Source: an archaeon (lineage in GTDB: Archaea; Nanobdellota; Nanobdellia; SCGC-AAA011-G17; PNOQ01). Taken from it: 40,792 nucleotides of DNA. Within the stretch, counting starts at the first letter, position 1; the number at the start of each line of letters is the position of its first letter. The position numbers and the translations under genes were made by a program. This document shows positions 33,621 through 40,792 of this stretch, one piece after another. The notes under the pieces were generated by a model that searched no databases, was not told the DNA's origin, and was given only the letters and a program-made list of their open reading frames with translations. The stretch lies in NCBI GenBank assembly GCA_021107835.1, contig JAIOSD010000020.1, positions 1-40,792 of the forward strand. The letters are read 5' to 3'.

Positions 33621-33711
33621 GGACCGGTAGCTCAGCTTGGTAGAGCACTTGGCTTTTAACCAAGGGGTCGCGGGTTCAAAACACGAAAGTGTGAAAGTCC
33701 CGTCCGGTCCA
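33621..33711 (+). tRNA. tRNA-Lys (anticodon TTT) with a 17-nt intron in the T-loop (position 59/60)
   Basis: Acceptor GGACCGG pairs with CCGGTCC. D-arm GCTC-AGCTTGGTA-GAGC. Anticodon stem CTTGG/CCAAG, loop CTTTTAA. T-stem GCGGG (33670-74) pairs with CCCGT (33699-703). That leaves 24 nt where a 7-nt loop is expected. It folds as a canonical BHB: central helix TTCA (33675-78) / TGAA (33692-95), bulges AAA (33679-81) and AGT (33696-98), lower helix CAC/GTG capped by GAAA. Excising 33681-33697 yields the T-loop TTCAAAT. Confidence 0.85.
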
Positions 33712-33729
33712 CTTATATTCAGGAAAAAA

Positions 33730-33972
33730 ATGGCAGAAGAATTCGACATCAAAAAACACTCCTTTGTTCCAGTACACATAAAGCTTACAGAAGAAGAAGC
33801 TCAAAAAGTTCTTGAAGAATTTAATGTAACAAAAGATGAAATACCAAAAATTCTAATTTCAGATCCAGCAATTGAAAATTTAAAACCAGATTATGGAGAC
33901 TTAATAAAAATTATAAGAAAAAGTCCAACAAACACAGAATCAACATTTTTTAGGGTGGTAGTTAATGGTTAA
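33730..33972 (+). CDS. rpoH: DNA-directed RNA polymerase subunit H (Rpo5)
   Basis: MAEEFDIKKHSFVPVHIKLTEEEAQKVLEEFNVTKDEIPKILISDPAIENL..GDLIKIIRKSPT matches the RpoH/Rpb5 C-terminal domain. The start is at the internal ATG, because the track's extension overlaps tRNA-Lys. Confidence 0.9.
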   Translation: MAEEFDIKKHSFVPVHIKLTEEEAQKVLEEFNVTKDEIPKILISDPAIENLKPDYGDLIKIIRKSPTNTESTFFRVVVNG

Positions 33973-35452
33973 AGGATACAAAAAAATAATTGAAAATTAT
34001 TTCAAAGAGCATTCTTTTGTAGAATCAAATATAAAATCTTTTAATAGATTTGCAGAAAAAGATATTCAAAAAATAGTTGATATGGTAGGAGAAGTAGTAC
34101 CAACTATTATTCCTCAAGAAGTTGAAAACTTTAAAATAAAACTTTCAAATATAAAACTTGGAACCCCTATGATAACAGAAGCTGATGGTTCCAAAAGAAA
34201 ATTATACCCAATGGAAGCAAGATTAAGAAAACTCACCTATTCTGCTCCACTAACTTTAACAGTAAGCGCACACATCAATAATATTCAAAGAGAATCTTTC
34301 ACCACAGAAGTAGGTAAACTACCAATAATGTTAAAATCTAAGTTTTGCCATCTTAACGGCTTAAGTAAAGAAGATTTAATAAAACACGGAGAAGATTCAA
34401 ATGACTTAGGTGGATACTTTATATTAAATGGAAACGAAAGGGTTTTAATTGCTGTAGAAGATTTAGCATCAAACAAACTTTTCATAAAAAAGGCAGCAAC
34501 AGGACCAAGCAAATATGTAGCAAAACTTTATTCTGAACACACCAACTATAGAATACCTCATACAATAGAACAAATGAAAGATGGGGTAATATACATAAGC
34601 TTCGCAAGATTCAAAAGAGTTCCAATAATCGCAGTAATCAAAGCACTTGGACTAACAAAAGATCAAGAAATAATGGAATTAATCTCATCAGAAAAAGTTT
34701 ATGATGATATTATATTAAACTTATACGAAAGTATTAATCTAAAAACACAAGAAGATGCCTTAGAATCCCTAGCAAAAAAAGCAGGGATACTTCAAAAAGA
34801 ATTAAGAGATGAAAAAACAATTGAACAAATGAATAGATACTTACTTCCACACTTAGGAATGTCTTCTAAAGACAGAATATGCAAAGCGCAAAACCTATGT
34901 AAATTAATTAAAAGATTTTTAATGGTAGCTACAGACAAAGTAGAACCAATAGATCAAGATCATTATGTAAACAAAAGATTAAAATTAAGTGGAGACCTTT
35001 TATATGACTTATTCAGAGTCAATATGAGATCTTTAGTTCAAGATATGTTATATAATTTCCAAAGATTAGTAAAGAGAGGAAAATTTTCATCAATTAGAAT
35101 AATCATAAGAGAACAATTATTATCTTCAAGAATTAAAAGTGCAATGGCAACTGGAAGTTGGCCAGGTGGAAGAACTGGTATTTCACAAAACATTTCAAGA
35201 GTCAACGCTATAGACGCAACTTCTCATTTACAAAGAGTCGTTAGTTTATTAACAGCATCTCAAGAAAATTTCCAAGCAAGGGCACTACACAGCACCCACT
35301 GGGGTAGACTATGTCCTGTAGAAACTCCAGAAGGTACCCCAATTGGTCTAAGAAAAAACTTATCATTATTAGCAAATGTAACTGACACCGCACCTAGCGA
35401 TGAAAAAATTATGAAATTACTAGAATCCAATGGATTAAAAAAAATAGATTAA
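33965..35452 (+). CDS. rpoB2: DNA-directed RNA polymerase subunit B'' (N-terminal half of split B)
   Basis: 495 aa; GGYFILNGNERVLIA, HYVNKRLKLSGDLL, LQRVVSLL...THWGRLCPVETPEGTPIGLRKNL. Overlaps the rpoH stop (ATGGTTAA). Confidence 0.95.
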   Translation: MVKGYKKIIENYFKEHSFVESNIKSFNRFAEKDIQKIVDMVGEVVPTIIPQEVENFKIKLSNIKLGTPMITEADGSKRKLYPMEARLRKLTYSAPLTLTVSAHINNIQRESFTTEVGKLPIMLKSKFCHLNGLSKEDLIKHGEDSNDLGGYFILNGNERVLIAVEDLASNKLFIKKAATGPSKYVAKLYSEHTNYRIPHTIEQMKDGVIYISFARFKRVPIIAVIKALGLTKDQEIMELISSEKVYDDIILNLYESINLKTQEDALESLAKKAGILQKELRDEKTIEQMNRYLLPHLGMSSKDRICKAQNLCKLIKRFLMVATDKVEPIDQDHYVNKRLKLSGDLLYDLFRVNMRSLVQDMLYNFQRLVKRGKFSSIRIIIREQLLSSRIKSAMATGSWPGGRTGISQNISRVNAIDATSHLQRVVSLLTASQENFQARALHSTHWGRLCPVETPEGTPIGLRKNLSLLANVTDTAPSDEKIMKLLESNGLKKID

Positions 35453-35453
35453 A

Positions 35454-37256
35454 ATGGTAGACGTATTCCTAAATGAAAGATTTGTAGGCTCGGTCTCAGA
35501 TGTAAATGAATTTCTTAATAACATTAAAAAACAAAGAAGAGAAGGCATTATCCCAGAAAAGCTAAATATAGGTTTCTATGAAGCATTAAATGAGATACAT
35601 GTAGAAACTACCAAAGGAAGATGTAGAAGACCTTTAATCATAGTAGAAAACGGAAAATCAAAACTAACCGAAGAACTATTACAAAAAATAGAAAAAGATG
35701 AAATAACTTGGGAAGAATTAATAAAACAAGGAATAGTTGAATACTTAGACGCAAGAGAAGAAGAAAATACTTTCGTTGCATTAGATGAAAAAGATATAAC
35801 AAAAGAACACACCCATGTAGAAGTTTCACCAATTACAATATTAGGGTTATGTACCTCCTTAATTCCATTTTCAAACTTTGGAAGTTCTTCAAGATTAATT
35901 AGAGGTTCCAAACTTCAAAAACAAGGATTAGGATTATATGCATCAAATTTCCCACTAAGAATGGATACTGATGCAAGCATTTTACACTACCCACAACGCC
36001 CAATAACAAAAAGTTTCATGCATGATGTATTCAATTATGATGCCCATCCAAATGGGCAAAATTTCACAATTGCAGTTATGAGTTACGAAGGATATAATAT
36101 GCAAGATGCAGTTATAATCAATAAAGGTAGCATAGATAGAGGTTTAGCGCGTTCAACTTATTTCAAACCTTATTCTGCAACAGAATTAAGATACTCTGGA
36201 GGATTAAGAGATGAAATAGACATTCCAGATAAAGAAGTAAAAGGATATCGTTCTGAAAGAGACTATAGGCATTTAGAAGACGATGGTTTAGTTTATACAG
36301 AAGCTCAAGTAGAACCAGAAGATGTAATAATTGGAAGATCAAGTCCACCAAGATTCTTAGGTAGTCTAGAAGAATTTAATATTGCGGTAAATACTAGAAG
36401 AGAAAGTTCGATTGCAATCGGAGAAGGTACAAAAGGAATCGTAGATATGACTTTCTTAACAGAAAATGAAGAAGGAAACAGATTAATCCAAACTAGATTA
36501 AGAGAACAAAGAATTCCTGAAATAGGAGATAAATTCTGTTCAAGACATGGACAAAAAGGAGTTATAGGGATGTTAGTTCCCCAAGTAGATATGCCTTTTT
36601 CATCAAGAGGGATAATCCCAGACATAATCTTCTCACCTCACAGTATCCCATCAAGAATGACTGTATCCCATTTACTAGAAATACTTTCTGGAAAAGTTGG
36701 AGCATTAAGTGCAAAACAGATAGATGCTACAACATTCGACAATCCTTCTGAAAAAGATTTAAGAAAAGAATTGCTAGATTTAGGATTTTCCGAAGAAGGT
36801 AAAGAAACACTATACAACCCCCTAACTGGAAAAAAACTTCAAGCAAAAATTTATGTTGGAAATATATATTATCTAAAGCTAAAACATATGGTAGCAAACA
36901 AACTTCACGCAAGAGCAGCAGGAAGAATTCAATTATTAACACGACAACCTGTTGAAGGAAGGGCAATGGGCGGAGGATTAAGAGTGGGAGAAATGGAGAA
37001 AGATTGTTTAGTAGCACACGGGGCTTCTTTATTATTAAAAGAAAGGTTTGATTCAGATAAAACAATACTCCATATTTGTGAAAACTGTGGAATTTTCGCA
37101 ACTTATGATAGTTATAAAAACAAAGCCATTTGCACCAGATGTGGGGGAGAAGCAAAAGTTTCCCCAGTAGAGATAAGTTACGCATTCAAATTATTATTAG
37201 ATGAAATAAGAACAATTGGAATAGACTCCAAAATAAACCTAAAAGAAAAATTTTAG
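35454..37256 (+). CDS. rpoB1: DNA-directed RNA polymerase subunit B' (C-terminal half of split B)
   Basis: 600 aa; MSYEGYNMQDAVIINK, GDKFCSRHGQKGVIG, PDIIFSPHSIPSRMTV, YYLKLKHMVANKLHARA, GGLRVGEMEKDCL, C-terminal Zn ribbon CENCG...CTRCG. Confidence 0.95.
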   Translation: MVDVFLNERFVGSVSDVNEFLNNIKKQRREGIIPEKLNIGFYEALNEIHVETTKGRCRRPLIIVENGKSKLTEELLQKIEKDEITWEELIKQGIVEYLDAREEENTFVALDEKDITKEHTHVEVSPITILGLCTSLIPFSNFGSSSRLIRGSKLQKQGLGLYASNFPLRMDTDASILHYPQRPITKSFMHDVFNYDAHPNGQNFTIAVMSYEGYNMQDAVIINKGSIDRGLARSTYFKPYSATELRYSGGLRDEIDIPDKEVKGYRSERDYRHLEDDGLVYTEAQVEPEDVIIGRSSPPRFLGSLEEFNIAVNTRRESSIAIGEGTKGIVDMTFLTENEEGNRLIQTRLREQRIPEIGDKFCSRHGQKGVIGMLVPQVDMPFSSRGIIPDIIFSPHSIPSRMTVSHLLEILSGKVGALSAKQIDATTFDNPSEKDLRKELLDLGFSEEGKETLYNPLTGKKLQAKIYVGNIYYLKLKHMVANKLHARAAGRIQLLTRQPVEGRAMGGGLRVGEMEKDCLVAHGASLLLKERFDSDKTILHICENCGIFATYDSYKNKAICTRCGGEAKVSPVEISYAFKLLLDEIRTIGIDSKINLKEKF

Positions 37257-37259
37257 AAA

Positions 37260-39830
37260 ATGGCAGAAAACATAACAAAAAAAGTAGACAGCATCCAATT
37301 TAGTATGATAACCCCACAAAACATCAAAAAAATGGCGGTAGCAAAAATAGTTACACCAGAACTATATGACAGGGAAGGATATCCTGTTGATGGGGGCCTA
37401 ATGGATATTAGACTAGGGGTTATCGATCCGGGATTAAGGTGTAAAACATGTGGACAAAAATTAAAAGAATGTCCAGGACATTTCGGATTCATGGATTTAG
37501 CTAGACCAGTTGCCCATATAAAATATGTAGATATGATTTTAAAATTCTTAAGAACTACTTGCAGCCAATGCGGAAGAATTCTCGTAGAAGATGAAAAAAT
37601 AAAAAAACATCTAGAAAATGTTTCTTTAGCAGAAAAAGAAAGAAGATATAAAGTAAAAAATAATTTAGTTTTAGCGTTTATAAATTCTATAAAATTAATA
37701 AAAAAATGTCCACACTGTAAGGCAAAACAAAAGAAAATAACAATAGAAAAACCATCTACAATGTTAGAAGATGGAAAACGATTAAATCCTATCCAAATAA
37801 AGGGAAGATTAGAAAAAATAAACGATGCAGATGTTTCTGCCTTAGGATTAGATCCCAAATTTGCAAGGCCAGAATGGATGATATTAGATATTTTGGCAGT
37901 CCCACCAGTAACAATTAGACCTAGCATTACTTTAGAAAGTGGTGAACGTTCAGAAGATGATCTTACCCACAAATTATCAGATATTGTTAGAATCAATCAA
38001 AGATTATTTGAAAACATAAATGCAGGAGCCCCAGAAATAATTATAGAAGACCTATGGGATCTACTTCAATATCATGTAACAACTTTCTTCGATAACCATA
38101 TTGCACAAGTACCAGTAGCAAGACACAGATCAGGTCAACCACTTAAAACACTAACTGAAAGAATAAAAAGTAAAGAAGGGAGATTTAGACATAATTTAGC
38201 AGGTAAAAGAGTTAACTTCTCTGCAAGAACTGTTATTAGTGGAGATCCAAAAATAAAATTCAATGAAGTTGGTGTTCCACTAGTTGTAGCAAAGGAATTA
38301 ACAATCCCAGAAAAAGTGACTGATTGGAATATAAAATGGTTAAAGGAACTAATAGAAAAAGGTCAAGAAAATTATCCTGGAGCAAATTATGTAATAAGAC
38401 CTGACGGAAAAAAGAAAAGAATAACTGAAGAAACAAAAGAACAATTACTAGAAGAATTACAACCAGGATACATCGTAGAGAGACACCTAATAGAAAAAGA
38501 TATTTCAATTTTCAATAGACAACCTAGCCTACACCGAATGAGTATAATGTGTCACAAAATAAAAATTTTGCCTGGAAAAAGTTTCAGATTAAACCCTGCA
38601 GTCTGCACTCCTTATGGTGCAGATTTCGACGGTGATGAAATGAATTTACACATTCCTCAAACAGAAGAAGCAAGAGCTGAAGCAGAAGTTTTAATGAGTG
38701 TCCAAAACCATATTATAAGTCCAAAAAATGGATTAAATATTATAGGCTCCATAGAAGATGCAATTTCAGGACTATATTTACTAACTAAAGGATTAACATT
38801 TACTAAAGAAAACGCAATAGAATTGCTAATAAGTGCCGGAATATACGACAAAAAGATGAGAAATTCTAAAGACAAAGTAACTGGAAAAGAAATTTTCAGC
38901 ATTTTGTTACAAGAAGATTTCAACTTCGTAGGCACTTCAAAGGACGGAAACAATGTAATAATAAAAAATGGTAGTTTAAAAGAAGGAATTATCGATAAAG
39001 CATTAGTTGGAGAAGATAATGGACAATTGATAAGAGAGATATACGCCAAATATAACGAAGATGTTGGAATAGATTTCTTAGCAAAAATTTTCAAATTAGG
39101 GATAGCAACACTACTATACTCAGGATTTACAATTGGAATATCCGATTCGGACATCCCAGAAAAAGTTGATAAAAAAAACGAAGAACTAGTAAAAAAAGCA
39201 AAAAAAGATGTAAACGCAATAATTAAAATCTATGATGAAGGAAAATTAGAATCATTGCCTGGAAATACAGTTGAAGAAACTTTAGAACTAAAAATAACTG
39301 AAGTTCTAAATAAAGTTAGAAATGATATTTCTAAACAAGTAAGCAACACTGTAAACGAAGACAATCCTACAATCATTATGGCAAACTCAGGAGCAAAAGG
39401 AAACCTACTAAACGTAGCAATGATGTCTTCATGTGTAGGCCAACAAGCAATAAGAGGAAAAAGGGTAAAGGGAAAAATGCATGGAAGGGCCCTTTCAATA
39501 TTCAAGAAAAATGATTTAAGTCCAGAAGCCCATGGGTTCATAGAAAAAGGATATAAAAAAGGAATGTCTCCTCACGAATATTATTTTGGAGCAATGACAG
39601 GAAGGGATGCCCTAATGGATGTAGCATTAAGAACACCAAAATCAGGTTATTTGTATAGAAGATTAGCAAATGCATTACAAGATTTAAGAATAGAATATGA
39701 TTCCACTGTAAGAGACGCAGAAAAAAGTATTGTTCAATTTAAATATGGTGAAGATGGTATAGATATATCAAAAAGTGATGGTGGAAAAATTAATGTTAAA
39801 AAAATAATAAAACAGATTCAAGGAAAATGA
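37260..39830 (+). CDS. rpoA1: DNA-directed RNA polymerase subunit A'
   Basis: 856 aa; CKTCGQKLKECPGHFG zinc motif, RFRHNLAGKRVNFSARTVISGDP, NRQPSLHRMSIM, active-site YGADFDGDEMNLH. Confidence 0.95.
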   Translation: MAENITKKVDSIQFSMITPQNIKKMAVAKIVTPELYDREGYPVDGGLMDIRLGVIDPGLRCKTCGQKLKECPGHFGFMDLARPVAHIKYVDMILKFLRTTCSQCGRILVEDEKIKKHLENVSLAEKERRYKVKNNLVLAFINSIKLIKKCPHCKAKQKKITIEKPSTMLEDGKRLNPIQIKGRLEKINDADVSALGLDPKFARPEWMILDILAVPPVTIRPSITLESGERSEDDLTHKLSDIVRINQRLFENINAGAPEIIIEDLWDLLQYHVTTFFDNHIAQVPVARHRSGQPLKTLTERIKSKEGRFRHNLAGKRVNFSARTVISGDPKIKFNEVGVPLVVAKELTIPEKVTDWNIKWLKELIEKGQENYPGANYVIRPDGKKKRITEETKEQLLEELQPGYIVERHLIEKDISIFNRQPSLHRMSIMCHKIKILPGKSFRLNPAVCTPYGADFDGDEMNLHIPQTEEARAEAEVLMSVQNHIISPKNGLNIIGSIEDAISGLYLLTKGLTFTKENAIELLISAGIYDKKMRNSKDKVTGKEIFSILLQEDFNFVGTSKDGNNVIIKNGSLKEGIIDKALVGEDNGQLIREIYAKYNEDVGIDFLAKIFKLGIATLLYSGFTIGISDSDIPEKVDKKNEELVKKAKKDVNAIIKIYDEGKLESLPGNTVEETLELKITEVLNKVRNDISKQVSNTVNEDNPTIIMANSGAKGNLLNVAMMSSCVGQQAIRGKRVKGKMHGRALSIFKKNDLSPEAHGFIEKGYKKGMSPHEYYFGAMTGRDALMDVALRTPKSGYLYRRLANALQDLRIEYDSTVRDAEKSIVQFKYGEDGIDISKSDGGKINVKKIIKQIQGK

Positions 39831-40792
39831 CTAAATTGTATGAAAAATATCAAGATAAGCTCCCAGGAAGAGTACTAGATGAAATCAAAAAAGAATCTAA
39901 AGAAAGAAATCTTAGTTCTCAACAAATATCAAAAGTTTTAGCACAAGCACAAAAAGAATACGAAGCAACATTAATTGCACCTGGAGAAGCAATTGGTATA
40001 ACTACTGCAGAAAGTTTTGGTGAAGCAGGAACTCAAATGACATTAGATGTATTCCATTTAGCAGGAGTTGCAGAAATTCAAGTTACAAGAGGATTACCAA
40101 GATTAATCGAATTGTTTGATGCAAGAAAAGAACCATCCACCCCGAGCATGGAAATATATTTAAAAACAGAACACACAAAAAATGAAAAAACAATAAGAAA
40201 AATTGCTAGTTTTATAAAAGAAATTAAATTAGAAGAAATAAGTTCCGAATTTTCGTTAAATATAATGAAAGGGTCTATTGAAGTAGATTTAAACATGGAA
40301 AAAATAAAAGCATTTGGATTTAAAAAAGAAGAAATAATAGAAAAAGTAAAAAAAGAATTAAAAAATGTTAATGTTAAAGAAACAAAAAGGGGATTAATAA
40401 TTACTTCGGAAGTTGAAGATTTAAATTTAAGTGGAATGTATAAATTAAAACAAAGTGTTAAAGCAGTTCTACTTAGAGGAATTAAAAAAATCACACAAGT
40501 CCTTCCAACCAAAAAAGATGGAAAATATGTAATTATGTGTGCTGGCTCAAATATGAAAGATATCCTAACAATGAACGAAATTGATGCAAAATTAGTAACC
40601 TCAAACAATATATTTGAAATCGCTTCAACACTAGGTATAGAAGCTGCCAGACAATCAATAATAAACGAGGCAGTATCTGTCGTAGAAAATCAAGGATTAG
40701 ATGTGGACATAAGACATGTTATGTTCCTTGCAGATATAATGACTCAAACAGGGGTTATAAGAGGAATTACAAGGGGAGGGATAAGTGGAGAA
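39827..40792 (+). CDS. rpoA2: DNA-directed RNA polymerase subunit A'' (3' end beyond the window)
   Basis: Not in the ORF track because it is edge-truncated. ATG at 39827 overlaps the rpoA' stop (ATGA). Reads MTKLYEKYQDKLPGRVLDEIKK...IAPGEAIGITTAESFGEAGTQMTLDVFHLAGVAE...GLPRLIELFDARKEPSTPSMEIYL...GIEAARQSIINE...VDIRHVMFLADIMTQTGVIRGITRGGISGE. Confidence 0.9.
   Translation, partial: MTKLYEKYQDKLPGRVLDEIKKESKERNLSSQQISKVLAQAQKEYEATLIAPGEAIGITTAESFGEAGTQMTLDVFHLAGVAEIQVTRGLPRLIELFDARKEPSTPSMEIYLKTEHTKNEKTIRKIASFIKEIKLEEISSEFSLNIMKGSIEVDLNMEKIKAFGFKKEEIIEKVKKELKNVNVKETKRGLIITSEVEDLNLSGMYKLKQSVKAVLLRGIKKITQVLPTKKDGKYVIMCAGSNMKDILTMNEIDAKLVTSNNIFEIASTLGIEAARQSIINEAVSVVENQGLDVDIRHVMFLADIMTQTGVIRGITRGGISGE

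Noticed and set aside
33427-33779. ORFs 33427-33663 (-), 33564-33779 (-), and the 5' extension of 33637-33972 (+)
   Set aside because: They overlap tRNA-Asp and tRNA-Lys. The G+C-rich tRNA sequence keeps the frames open by chance. rpoH starts at the internal ATG 33730.
33965-37256. rpoB split into two ORFs, considered as a frameshift or pseudogene
   Set aside because: The split falls at the natural B''/B' boundary known from many Euryarchaeota and DPANN. Both parts are intact, with a 1-nt spacer and a proper ATG.
37253-37996. 247-aa minus-strand ORF, and similar ones at 38260-38508, 38657-39154, 39230-39541, 40078-40608, 35576-35911, 36305-36625 and 36727-37185
   Set aside because: All lie antisense to strongly conserved RNA polymerase subunit genes. 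Their translations are low-complexity (Ser/Phe/Ile/Leu-rich) shadow frames typical of AT-rich coding DNA.

Overview
AT-rich, gene-dense archaeal chromosome segment. Archaeal identity rests on an rpoH / split rpoB''-rpoB' / split rpoA'-rpoA'' operon (33.7-40.8 kb), intron-containing tRNAs with bulge-helix-bulge motifs, an Rpp30 RNase P subunit, an archaeal-type UMP kinase, and TTTATAAA TATA boxes about 22-28 nt upstream of many start codons. The small gene set and huge surface proteins suggest a reduced-genome, DPANN-like archaeon; this is inference, not a database result.

Content from left to right:
- 1-8460: two large secreted beta-helix / Cys-rich surface proteins. The first is about 1631 codons, runs off the left edge and is absent from the supplied ORF track.
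- 5.3-13.7 kb: housekeeping genes (Rpp30, Fap7-like kinase, YbjQ, PyrH, YjbQ, Tmk-like, ThyX).
- 13.7-20.6 kb: an energy/carbon block with membrane pyrophosphatase and AMP-forming acetyl-CoA synthetase 1 nt apart, then a two-subunit 2-oxoacid:ferredoxin oxidoreductase translationally coupled to a minimal [FeFe]-hydrogenase-like protein.
- 20.65-23.16 kb: an ORFan island of five genes.
- 23.2-29.8 kb: DMT transporter, ferredoxin, cysteine desulfurase, a multi-HTH repeat protein, bacterial-type Lgt and a GILT/DsbA-like thioredoxin-fold protein.
- 29.8-32.3 kb: three winged-helix regulators plus a two-gene membrane cassette.
- 32.3-33.7 kb: tRNA-Tyr (long intron), an alpha/beta hydrolase, then tRNA-Asp and tRNA-Lys (17-nt intron at position 59/60).

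No CRISPR array, rRNA, transposase or integrase was seen.

Best candidate for an undescribed system: the 20.65-23.16 kb ORFan island. Two divergent cassettes each pair an Rx4H (HEPN-like) protein with very small membrane proteins.

All family calls come from motifs read by eye and remembered family signatures. No searches or statistics were run.
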